A stretch of DNA of 64,000 bases. Origin: Pelomyxa schiedti. Lineage: Eukaryota; Protista; Evosea. The stretch is from contig JAHLWZ010000808.1 of assembly GCA_020536535.1 (NCBI GenBank), forward strand, positions 66,493 to 130,492, given 5' to 3'. A program made the translations under genes and the position numbers. This document shows positions 39,301-51,488 of this stretch, in pieces. The first letter of the stretch is position 1, and every line of letters begins with the position of its first letter. The notes under the pieces were generated by a model. That model did not search any database and was not told the DNA's origin. It worked only from the letters and a program-made list of their open reading frames with translations.

Positions 39301-41353
39301 TGTTTCATTTCCTATTGTGGTTTGCATTACTTCTGGGTTTTTTTTTTCCCCCCATTACACACTCAGAGAATTTTCTGGTGGGAATCCAGCACACTCTGTG
39401 ATTGTTGAGTCATTACATTGCCACCAATGTGACGTCTTGCTAAAATCAAGTGAGTACTTATTAAAATATTTAAAATGTTTTAAACCTGTCTAAGAGAAAA
39501 GTGATATAATGACCTCCTGTGTTTGTATTAGGGATAGATGTCTTGAAAAAATGCCACCTTGTGCAGATTTTCCAACATGGCAAACAACAGCAAACAACTT
39601 ATAAATAGCGTGAACTGCAGCCGAATCTCCTTGTGGGAAAAGTGCTTTTGTGTCTATAAACCCAGGATACGCTATTTCGTTCATAATCTATGTAGAATAC
39701 TAAGTATGCTTAACTGAGGTAAAAAAAAAACCTTCACTTCAGAACGGGACAAGGAAGAAAAAGAAAACCTCACTAGTTGCAAATTCAGAATCTAAGTACC
39801 GTGAAAAGAAAAAATGGAGTCAACTGTTGAACCTCCGGAAATCTTGTCACTCGGGCTACTCGACGAATTTGTCCCAAGTTAGGACATTTACAACGATCAA
39901 AACGGTAATCGCTATTTGAAATTTGGTCTTTAAACTAAAAATATTAAATGCAGTTACCCTGGTATGGCTTCTTCTGAGAAGTATTCTTTGATACAATCCC
40001 CAATAGTGTTTGACTTCTAAGTAGGATTAGACATACTTATCTTTCGATTGTCTCAGTGAAATACTGTGATACAAAGCTTAATTTCAAAAAAAGGTTCTCT
40101 CTGTAAGCTGGATTCTTTGCAAACAGTACACCTCGTAACATATTCCATATCCCCTCCAAGGGAATTAGTGATCTGTTATATCAAATAAATCTCGTACCAG
40201 TAATTAAGGAGGAAATCCTCTCTTTGTCTCCAGGTGATTGAGAAAAAATTCCCTCTACAACATGGGATAGTAAGTTGTAGAACCTGTTCCCTGTGACTTC
40301 CTTTATTTAACAAACTAATCATACTCATGAGGGTCTTGCTGTATCTTTGTATCGATATTTGCTGCTTGGGCTAGAGCGCTTATTGAAATACTCTTCCGTA
40401 AAGAGAAATGCATAGCTGCAACAATCTTCTGAAGTTCAGCACATATTTTCAGTTTTACAGGGTCGACTCCTTGGGAGTTCTTTTTACGTTGAATTTTGAG
40501 TTATTGAGTTCCAGTAAATAGACCTCAGGATTCCAGTGAAGTAACATCTGTGAGAGTGACGGGTCAGCTGAGATGCATTGCACGACTGAATTCATGTAAC
40601 AAGTGGAGCCAAGATTCTGAGGGAAAATCAGGTTTAGTTGAACCACAGCTGTCGGAATACTGATAGGCCAACAAATGGCACAGAAAAAGAGATTCCATCA
40701 GGAAATTCCAGAGAAGACGCCTGCAAATGCAACCCATCTTGACAGAGAGACTGCTGTGCGTGAGAATCACATTCCATCTGCGTAGTCAGTTCCCCCGACT
40801 TTTGAGTGCCAACCACTTGTGACACGGGAGAAATTTTCACTCTCAGTGTGGACCTGAGAGCAGTACCATTCGGGTGTGATGCAGCCACCCTTTTGGATAC
40901 AAGTTTAGTCATCAAGTCCTCCACCCGCTGTTGCTGTTGCTGCAGATACAGCGCCGAGCTCTCCAGCCTGGACCCAGCAAAATTTACTCCTACAGAGGCC
41001 GCAACAGAACCCGTGCCAACACTAGAAGCCGCGGGAGAAGCTGGCGCTGCAGAAGCCAGCATGTGCCGCGCAGATAGCAACTGTTCAAGGTCTCTGTCAA
41101 CCAGGCCCAAAAAGCAGTTGGGATTCGACGTGCAGTGGGGCGAAACGGCGTCCTTGACACCACTGGAAGCCGAGGAAGTGGAGCTGGAGGATGATGTGCT
41201 TGAGAAGGAGAATTGTGCACTGCCTGTCACAGACGTGCCTCCCCATGACGAGGTTTCCCAGAATGGGGTTATTGCATAGGGACTCTTTTTGCATACAGTG
41301 TCATTCAACCTGTACAGTAAATCGAAGCCCTCCTCCTCTACAAAAAGCCACAT
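36344..41353 (-). CDS. Ubiquitin-specific protease, USP48/UBP26-like (USP + DUSP + UBL, C-terminal Cys motif)
   Basis: CTSNPNCFLGL (USP48-type N-terminal motif), VGLSNLGSTCYMNSVVQ Cys box, YKLFAVVCHVG..GHY His box, repeated LC(E/P)H DUSP-like motifs. Confidence 0.85.
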
Positions 41354-41822
41354 ATTCGTCAGGGAAAAGCGAAAAACGGTTTGCAAAAAGGGAGAAAAGT
41401 ACTTAAGGAAAGAGGATCGGGCTTTGCGAGGTACTCTCTAACCTTGGTTTTGCGTGCCCAGTCAAACTGCATTTTTAGTGGTTTCCTTGTTTTTTCGGCT
41501 TTGCCGCTACACAGTTTTTGATCATCAAATTGGTTCTTCTCACCGAATTGGTGCTGAGTCACACTCACTGGTCCAACGCCAAGGCACCATGTGCTACCGA
41601 GTAAGCGCATAGGATTCTCAGGTTCACAGGGGGGTTTTCTGATGGTTTTGACAGGTACCAGACAGGATCGAAAAAATAGTTCTGGACCCCAGTGGAAAAG
41701 TGCACTCCCTTTGGCCAACTGCACTTTGCAGAAAGACTCGTTGTACACATCAGGGATCCATTCCAAGAACAGAGTTTTACTAACGGACCCATTGGCAAAT
41801 TGGCCTGCCATCCCCATCTAAA

Positions 41823-44516
41823 ATGCAATCAGCAACAACCCTGGACGACGAGTACTACACCCCGCAGCCCCAGTTATATTCACGCGGGGAAGAAGCGCAA
41901 GTCCCCGCCACCACCACCACTGGCCCCCTCGCCATCGACGACTGCTACTCCTGCTACGACTACTACGACGCTCCGTCCTCCTCCCCCATCACCATCACCA
42001 CTACGTCGTCTTCCCCTCCCGGCTCCCGCCTGCAGCAGCAGCCTCAGCGACCTGAGGCCCCCCCTTCATCGAAAACCGAAACCACCACTACAACTACTAC
42101 CACAACTACGGTCTCATGGTCGCGGGAGGGCGAAAGTGCCGAGGGCGGGGAAGTGAATGTGAATTATGGTTGCTGCGGGGATGACAAGGAGAAGGCGGAT
42201 GGGGGCTCGTCGCCTCTGTGTGCTGTGAATTCCTTCACTACCACTAACAACACCACCAACACCACCAACACCACCACCACCAACAACAACAACAACAACA
42301 ACAACAATGTGCACCACAACTACTACAACATTTACATCCAAGCTTCTTCTTCTTCGACTTCACAACCACCATCTCCTGGGGAGAAGGAAGCCAGCGCTAT
42401 CGGCAAGGTAGTTTCTGGTCATGTTGATGTGGATATCCCACCTCCGGACATGCCCCCACCAACAACACCACCTGTCAATGTTGATAAGCGCATTGAGGCT
42501 AATACAAATTCGGAACCTGTACTTACACCGGAGGACCACAAGCGTTTTTCCATTGGCGAGGAGCTTATTTCTTCAGAAAGGCAATTTATTGCATTAATGG
42601 AAGATGGCACAAGGGTGAGCACTCTTTCTTTTTCCCGTTTGAAAGTCATTCATTGCAAGTTCTAGGCACTGTTGCAATACCTCCTAACCCCTGAGGCATC
42701 AAAAGACTCGGATTTTGCTGACAAAAAGCTTATGCTTAGAGACCTCGAGAAGTTAATAGAGATTCACAAAGAGTATCACTTCTACCTTTCCACCTTAGTT
42801 TTTGTAACAAAAATGGGTGCAGATTCTTGAATGTATTAGGGCCACATCGAAACATTGGAGAGAGAATACTACAACAACTCGCTTCCTGGAAGTCGTTGTA
42901 CTCGGTCTATGTGACAAGAAAAATGGTTCAACAAATGGAACTCAATCTGGAAGAAATGTTGGTAACTTGATTGCCTTCACCAATAAACTACTAATATCCC
43001 TCCCTTAGAGTAATACTAGCTCCGAACCTGAAGATAATTTTCTTCAAGAACCTTTCAACCAAATCTACAAAAGTACTTGCCTCCCAATATAAGAGAAACA
43101 TTAACAACAGTTTCGCAGTTATTAGCTTGTTCAAAAGAATCGCTGATGCAACACCTGCTTCCCACATGGATCACACCAACACCACTGATGTAATCACTCA
43201 ATTCCAAGAAATTGGTGACTACGTTGTAGCGTACCGTATACTTGGCAAAATTAAGAACTACAAGGGCCCTACTATTGCATCTCCTACCTCAGTTCAATCT
43301 CTTGTCCGCCATGGCCCTGCCATTGTAGACAGTTCGAACAGGTCACTTTTAAAGTAAATGGTCTCCTACTTAATGTCACTAGATATTTGTGGTTATTCAC
43401 TGGCACACTTGTTCTGACAAAATTCGTGAAGACAAATACAAAACAGCCTTACAAGTACAAACAAGCTGTAGAACTTTTCCGATGTGCTGTGGATCTCCTT
43501 TCTACACCCAAAGGGAATGCATTTCGGATCACTAGTCCCGCTTGCCGTGGGACAATTGAGGTATCATCCAACAGAGACGACTGGGTGTTAGACATTAAGC
43601 GCCTAGTGGCTGCGTCTTTGGCTGATCAACTAAACGAAGCTGGGAAATCCGCAAGTGCAAACAAGTCTGTCGTTCAGAGACAACGCGAAGCGTTTTTGAA
43701 AAATGAGGTAAAGAGAAAGGAAGTAATGACCAAGATTTCTCTGGGAGAAACTGAATATCTTGTTACTCTTCACGACCTTCAAGAAGTCAGCAATGCATAA
43801 CAAATACAACCGACTTACCCTCCTTAGGCACTCCAGTCTGTCAATGAGAAACTGTTACTCTCAGATGATGTCAATAGAAAGCAGGCCAAGCCTTTCCATG
43901 TACTTTACAATGATATAGCAGATATGATCAAGTTTCATGAAGGGTAAGAAAAATTTCTCCCAATAAAATGCCTCACTCCTGCTCAAGATTGCACACGCTG
44001 TTGACGCGAAGAGTTGCAGAGTGGGACACTAGGTCCACTGTCTCTGATATTTTCACTGATCAGGCAAACAAGATTCTCTAATTGTTACCGTACTTACATC
44101 TGCCCAGTTGCCAGCACTTCGAAAGAAATATGTCAGTTACACAAAGAAGCACAGCGAGAAGCTTAAAACGGCAGAGGATTTCATCCGCGGGCACCCGGAC
44201 CTCTTCAACAAGATTTCCGTATCTCGTTCACTGCAATCTTTCGCCACCTACTAACTCCACCATCCAACCATTCCTCTTTGTTTGGCAACAGGGCGAATCC
44301 CCCGAAGTACTCCGGCAGCTCCTGTCGGCTCCCCTGTTCCGAATCTCGCAGTATTGCGCGCTGTGCCAAGAGCTTCTCGAGTGCACCAACTGCGGCCACT
44401 TTGACCACGACCGCACCAGCCAATTGGTGCGCAAGATGGAGGAGCTATCCAGCACTGTATCGACTGCGTACGCCGCTGCAACTACGGCGAAAACTTCACC
44501 CTCCCACCGCTCCTGA
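41823..44516 (+). CDS. Rho guanine nucleotide exchange factor, DH-PH-DH architecture
   Basis: EELISSERQFI..QEPFNQIYK..ATPASHMDH (DH1); LWLFTGTLVLTK..DDWVLDI (PH); SLGETEYLVTL..APLFRISQY..CGHFDH (DH2). Confidence 0.8.
42241..42310 (+). repeat. (ACC/AAC)n coding microsatellite (poly-Thr/Asn)
   Basis: TTTNNTTNTTNTTTTNNNNNNNNN. Confidence 0.8.
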
Positions 44517-44699
44517 GACTGTCACAGCCACACAACAAACTCTCATTGTGAATTCACCCACCCACACCGTGTACACGTAACAAGAGATATCTCGTTTTCC
44601 CAGGGACCCAGGTGGTTTTTCCATAACACTAAAACACAGCCGTCCCTGCGCGTTTCAAAGAATAACGGTTGAAAGGTGACAAGACAAAAAGTGGTGGGG

Positions 44700-46411
44700 T
44701 CAGTCTTCCTCGTCTGGAGTATGTACAAGGGGGAAACATTTGGTGAGTTGGTGCAGGATTACTTCGAATGTCGGTCTTGTGGCCGGATCTGGGGCCCAGC
44801 ACTTTGGGATGAGCTCGATGGCCTTGCCGCAAACTCCTGGGGGAGCGACGATCTCGGGTCTCTCGCCGTTCAGTAACTTCCGCGTGACTTCAAAGTGGTT
44901 CGTGACTTCTTGGAATGGCGTTTGGCCGGTCACCATCTGGTAAAGCATGACGCCGAAGCTAGGGTATTTTGGGAATATTTGTTTTTTCATTGTGCATTAG
45001 CATTGCGTTGAACTAAAGAAAGGAAGTTTACCTGTAAACGTCAGCTTTTAGGTCGTAGTCAGTGCCTGTAACGACTTCGGGAGCCATGTAGGTTGGAGTG
45101 CCTGTTGCTATGGTCATCTTTTGGCGAGCAGATGAAGATATTGTCTTGGCCAGGCCAAAGTCGCACAGCTTTACAAGAAGTGGGTCTAACTCAGATACAA
45201 GTACATTTTGAGGTTTAATGTCCCTAACGCTCTGTTTAGACAATGGAAAAAAGGGAAGAAGCTGTACCTATGTATTACACCTTTGCTATGCAGGAACGCT
45301 ATGCCCTTTGCCATGCAAATTGCAGCGTGCGCTATTTCTGCAGGTGTCAGTCTTCTTGCATCCAGTAGAGACGCGAGGCTTCCGTATTGAACAAATTCAC
45401 TCACAATGCAAAAAGGGTCTCCCTCCGTTTCCGGAATAATAACTCCATATGTTGTAACGATGTTCTTGTAGAAGGTCAGTGAGAAAAAGCTGCCCAAAGG
45501 GGGAAAATTAACTGGGTGATTTCCAAGGGAAGCAATTCCCTTTATTTCTGTCTCAAATTCAGTAGTAGTCATTGGGTAAAACTGCTTCACAGCGACAGTT
45601 GTCCCTCTCCAGGATCCCTTTGACACTCTTCCTGTAGCACCTGCCCCTGAAATGAGAGTAAGAGAGTACCTTCCAGAGAACAATAGCGTTGGTTACCGAT
45701 TACATCACCAAATGTGACTTCTTCTCTGGCAATAAAATTGAACACAAATGAAATCGACTGTGCCCGGATGAAAGATGGATGCTTGCTCAAATGAGTTGAC
45801 CCTCTTACAACAGGAGAGGTAAACAATGACAATATTGCAGGATTTTCCGTCAGATCAAGAGGAGACTCGCCAGACTTGTTCGGTACCGTCGGATCTAAGA
45901 ATAACGGTTTGGCCTTTTCCCCAAAAATGCCTCTCACACACACAGAACACATACACAGAACACGCACCCGCACGCACACGCACACGCACATACCAGCGCC
46001 ATATTGCTTGAGTTGCTTGACAACTTCCAGGTGGCCCTGGGCACAAGCAAAGTGCATAGCCGTGAACCCGTTCTTATTTACAGCGGCCACGTCGGCGCCG
46101 GCCTGGATAAGCAGGGCCACCGACTGCGCGTTGCCCCCCTTGGACGCGTAGTGCAGCGGCGTCTCCTGCGTGTTGGTGTTCCTGCAGTTGGCGTCCACGA
46201 ACTCGCGGCCGTGCATCAGCAGCAGCTCCAGGGCCTGCGGGTGCGGCCCCCACGCCGCCACGTGGAGCAGGGACCACGGCTCCCCGGGGTCCTGGCGCAC
46301 CAGGTCGGGGAAGTGCTTGAGCAGCCTCTTGAGCTCCTCGATGTTGCCGTGCTCCGCTGCCTCGAAGGCCTTGGACTTGGCTTTCGCTCTCGCCGACGCA
46401 CTGGCTCCCAT
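44700..46411 (-). CDS. Ankyrin-repeat TKL-type protein kinase, probably N-myristoylated
   Basis: MGASAS start; SLLHVAA/TPLHYAS/TAMHFAC ankyrins; GAGATGRV, VAVK, HRDIKPQN, DFG, GTPTYMAPE. Confidence 0.9.
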
Positions 46412-46594
46412 TATTTTGTTCTTGTGTGGTGGCGGGTGCAACAAGCCAAAGCGTCTGTTTGGTTATTGATCAAAAAAAAATGTGTTTTTTGTTTGTCTTG
46501 GTGGCAGGTAGGTAGAGAGAAAGTACATGGTGATGTTGGTGAATGGCCTTTATTGGAAACCACTCGTAAGGAGGTTTTTTTGAGGGTTGAGGAA

Positions 46595-49500
46595 TCAGCA
46601 AGATACTGTGAGCCTGACAAGGAGGAGGCTTCGGCTTACCTTTTGGGCTGGTTTGACAAGAACTTCGGACACCATATAGGAGCAATCAAGCTTCCCTGGT
46701 ACGGGTGGGCAGTAGAGTGGAACAGACATCTTCATGGCAGCTAAGGTGAGGAGTACATCACCCGGAATTACTTTCTGGCCAACGGTGACAGAGATGGATT
46801 CAATGTGGCCGGATATGGGCGCCCTGATTTCACCCGGAGCGCATACAACGGGCGCGGAACTCTCTGACTTTTCTTTGGTGCTTGTGCTGGAGTTATCATT
46901 TGCGGCGCCGACGCAGTGAACTGGTGCCGAGTCATCCAGGAAGTGCAGGGTTCTAGTTTTCTGTAAACTAACGGGCTCGATGCGCTGTAGTTGTATTGTA
47001 GTAACACTGAGGGAATCGGCGCCGGGGGGAGGCATCGAGTCGGCGGCGGGTGGAGTCATTCCCTCCGTACAATGATTTTCGGCAAGAAGTGAGTAGTTGT
47101 GAAGAGTTGTTGAGCCGCCGATGGACATGCCAGTAAAGAAAACACGGGAAGTGAGGCCTCGTGTCAGGGTGCCATATTCTTTTGTGAATTCGGCGTTCTT
47201 ACCCAGATAGGCACGAGGGAACAATGCACAAGCCAACAGGCTTTCGATTGGTACAGGATCTGAAGTGCCATACGCAGACTGTATTTTGGCGGTCAGTTCT
47301 TCGAAATTTGCATCAACTGGAACTTGGTTGCGTTTCGTTGCAGGATCAGTCTGAGTTGCTGCAAGAACATTTGCGGGGAACCCATGGTGTGGAACACCCA
47401 ATGCACCATTTAGCATATCTTTAACTGATTGAGGGAGCTCCCACCGGGCTGTATCTGAAAGCAGTGCTTGCTCTGGAGTCATATTACGACTGACCATATG
47501 GACAGCAAGATCTCCAACAACTCTGCTAGAGGGAGTTACCTTGATTACACGACCAAGTGCTTCGTCAGCCAGGGCGTACGCTTCAAGAACACGCGGCATG
47601 AGGTGAGCAATGCCCAGTTGTTTGCACTGATCGCACAGATTGGTATACTGGCCTCCTGGCATTGCAAAGCGGAAAGCTGAGGTTGAGGGAATATTATGGG
47701 CGTTGTAAATGGAGTACCACGGTGCCCGCACAACTCCCTTCCACGCGTCATCAATTGGTTCTAACCACTCTGATTCAATTTTAAGTTGCCTTGGAGCTCG
47801 TCGCATATATTTGAGTGCAACACAGAGGGCCGCGAGGGATGGTTGTGAAGGTGACGCCGACATACACTGAGGGGCGCATACATCAACTACTTCGCACCCG
47901 GCCTGCACCATGGCAATTATTGTTTGCAATGCAAGACCTGAGCTATCATGTGTATGGAAATGTATAGGAAGTTGGTTATTGGTCGCTTCACGCAAGGCAT
48001 TCAAAAGAGGGAGAGCATGAGATGGCTTAACCATTCCAGCCATATCTTTTATGGCAAGAATATGAGCTCCAGCTGCAACAATTTGTTTAGCTACGGACTT
48101 GTAATAATCAAGTGTGTAAATCGTTTCTTTCTCACTTTCAAAATCTCCGGTAAAGCAGATGGCCATTTCGACAATCTTACCACAAGCAGAAGCTGCCTTG
48201 GCAACCTCTGTCATACGACTTACGTCATTGAAACAGTCGAATATGCGGAACACATCAATTCCACTTTGTGCAGCAGTTTTGACAAACTGATGTACAACAT
48301 TTCTGGACTGACGAGCAGAGGCAACGATATTTTCTCCACGAATTAGCATCTGTAGTGCTACAGTCTTGGGAAGTGTCGCTCTAATAAGACGTAGTCGCTC
48401 CCAGGGGTCTTCACTTAGGAATTCTAGGCAAGATTCGAATGTTGCACCACCCCACATTTCAGCAGAGAAGAAAGAGGAGCTCTTTGAGAGTGGAGAGGAA
48501 GCCATTACTTGACATATTGCCAGCAGGTCTCGAGTTCTCACACGGGTTGCAAGCAAACTCTGCTGCCCGTCTCTCATTGCAGTATCGGTAACAAAGACTT
48601 GTCTCTTTCCCTTCTCTAGTAGCCATTGTGAAACTGCTTTTGGACCATAAGCGTCCAAGATAGTTTTCATTGATGATGTATCGTCCGATTTCGTGAAATC
48701 GGGGCACACTACAGACTCAGATGCCCGTGGTGTGCTTGCTCCGAAATTAAACTGTGGTACAATCAATTCAAGTGCCTCTACTTGAGTTGCTGAATCCCCC
48801 ATAGCAGCCCATTGGTCCTTTCGTTGACCAAGAGTCGTATTTGTTATGTACTTGATATATGGTTGAGCTGGGTAAATTTTCGGCACGGGCCTGCTGAAAA
48901 TAGGGGGAATAGACTTGCTCAAATTTGCTAGGAGTTCTTGTTTTTCCTTGGGCTTGAGTTCACGGATAGCTTGCGGGAACATGCGCCTGTATTTAGCAGA
49001 TCTTCGATCAAGTAATTCTTTGCCGTTCAAGTCAGCAAGTGATAGAAGCGACTTCAGAATAAATCTACGTATTTCATTGGCTGTCCCCCAAATATCGCCA
49101 GGGATCTCAGTGATTATATGGTCAACAAGACCTAAACTATGAAGCTTTGCTGCGTTCCAACCAAGTGAGGTGGTTATTTCATTCGCTTGAGCAGTAGTAC
49201 AAGATTGCCGCCGCAAGAGTGCAACGGACTCGGGCGTCATTACACCAAGGTACCCTGAAGAGAGAATAGCTGAGTAGTCGGAGTAGCACAGACATGCTGC
49301 TCCACCAGAGCTCGCTTCAGAAATAATCACAGTGATGATGGGTACGGAGCATTTCGAAAGAGATAGAAGTAAAGCAGCCATTGATTGATACACACCCTTA
49401 GCTTCCTCAAAGAAATTTGGAACAGCACCAGGTGAGTCAACCAAAATTACAATGGGGAACTGCCACTTTGCTGCCATTCGAGCAAGGCGTCGCGCAAAGC

Positions 49501-51240
49501 GTAGGTCTCCGTGACTTAGCATTCCGCAGTTATTTTTCTCCATGTCTCCCAGAGAATGGCCTTTTACAGTGCCCATAATAAACACTGGGACTCCGGCAAG
49601 AGAGCCAACACCTCCTCTCATACAAACATTGATGCTATCTTTGGAATCACCATGCATCTCATTGAAGTTATCGAGAATTGCGTTAAGGCAGTCCTGTGCT
49701 TGCAAACGGCTACTATCTCGTAGCTTTGAAATGTCGAACTCAAATTGGGGTGTTTTCTGTGCGCTGGCCTCAAAAAGCTTTGGTGTGTTATCCAAGGCGT
49801 TGGTGAGAGTTGATTTAATGACAGCACGGGACGGGTTTCTCCACAATCTCCAGCCAACGGAAATTACATGCAGTAAGTTTAATAGGTAGTCACTGATCTC
49901 TTTATCAACAATTACATCAGCACGCCCATGATTGTACACAAACTGCGAGGTCTGGAATCCTTGAGGGCAATTTGCATCATACTCAACCACGTCTCCTTTG
50001 AAGATGGTGTTCAGGATAACTCTCACACCAGAAAATCCAACCCTTGCAGACTCTAGGGCAATGATAACATCGCAAGAACTTCCATAAGCGGCAGTAATGG
50101 CCCCAAATGAGGGGTCTTTTAAAACGGCAATCACGGGTAAACCTAATGAATGAGTGATTACGTCGTATGGAAAAAAAAACCCTTTACCTTGAAGGTTGAG
50201 CTTGTAAAGTACAACAAAGTACTTGCAAATTTCTCTGAGAGAGTATGCACCCTCTACATGTTGAGTTAGAGGAGGTGAAAAGAAGTGGTTACTCAGACCT
50301 TGTATTCGCAGCCCACCTCCAGCACATGACAAAACAACAGGAATTTGCTCACGAATTGCTTCCTCTAATCCTCGAGTCATAGTTTCACCTTCTACAGCCC
50401 CGATAGAACCACCCATGAAACCAAAGTCATGTCCAATCCACATCACACGACACCCAGATACTTCCCGTACATCCGCGGTTACAGCCGAGAAGGATGCATG
50501 ATTCATGTCTCTGGCTGGGTTTGCGATCCACCTTAAAATGGCGGCCTTCTTGATTTTTTCCTTGTAGGTGTCACCCCCAAAGCAAAATCCAAGAGGATCT
50601 TGTGGCACTAGCATAGTCTTCCGGGGGGATCGGGATCGAGGTTCCTCAGTCATAACAGGAGGAGTTCCTCGTGGAATAGAAATTGTAGCTGAAGATTCAG
50701 CTGCAATTGAAGTGGAATTGAACATACGAGCCAGATGTGCTGTGTCCGCTGGAGATTGGGAGACGGCATCCAAAAAGTGGTTGTAGGACTCGGAGAAAAC
50801 GGGAGGAGTAGCACTTTTCAATGCTGATACAACTTGGCCTTGATCAACCCCTGCAGAAGGAAGATATATAGCCAATAGAGAGTAGTCATCCTTCAATTGG
50901 AATTTCCAGAGACGAGGTCCCAGAGTTCTATTTGTATGTGTGGTTACCTTTTTTTTTGCTACGAATTTCCTTTAATTAAGAAATTGCAAAAGTATGGAGT
51001 GTGTGTAGGCACCCCCAAATTTCCCTCACATGTTACAAATTCTTAATAAATATTCAAGGAAAACAGAGGGACACACTTTGTAGAGGCACATATTGATTTA
51101 AGAACCGTTTCACGAGCATCCCACCAAGCGTCATGCCCTCGCTCTTTTGCGATCGTGTGATCAAAAAACTCGAGCGATTCCACGGCATTGCCGAAATACT
51201 CACGGGCGTCGAACTTCGATGGAACATAGATCCAAAACAT
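46595..51240 (-). CDS. Single-chain biotin-dependent transcarboxylase: AccD-like + AccA-like carboxyltransferase + pyruvate carboxyltransferase + biotinyl domain
   Basis: DFGFMGGSIG, GGGLRIQEG, GFSGVRVI (AccD); NCGM, LVDSPGA, SSGGA (AccA); RDGQQSLLATR, EMWGGATF, IKDMAG, HFHTHD, MPGGQ, KVTPSS (PC-CT); AMKM at 46727-46738; introns 50928-51076, 50254-50298, 50143-50187. Confidence 0.92.
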
Positions 51241-51488
51241 GGTTGTGTGGTTTTTTTGTGTTTGTGTGAACTACGACGATGGCTTCGACGCTCCTTTCGT
51301 CAGGGCAATGTGGTTTTGGGAAAAGAAAAAAAATCCAAAATGAGGGAACAAAGGTTGAATTGTGTTAGCGTCCGAATGGGAAAAACCCGAACGGTGTCTT
51401 TCCGAGAAGTGTTTTTGAGAATCCGATGTTATTCTCAACATTTACAATCAAACACACAACCAAGCAAACGAAGAAGGCCGGCCTCGTC

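Noticed and set aside
41359-41817. 152-aa minus-strand ORF between USP48 and the RhoGEF
   Set aside because: No motif, not in frame with the USP48 start, lies in a divergent promoter region; unsupported
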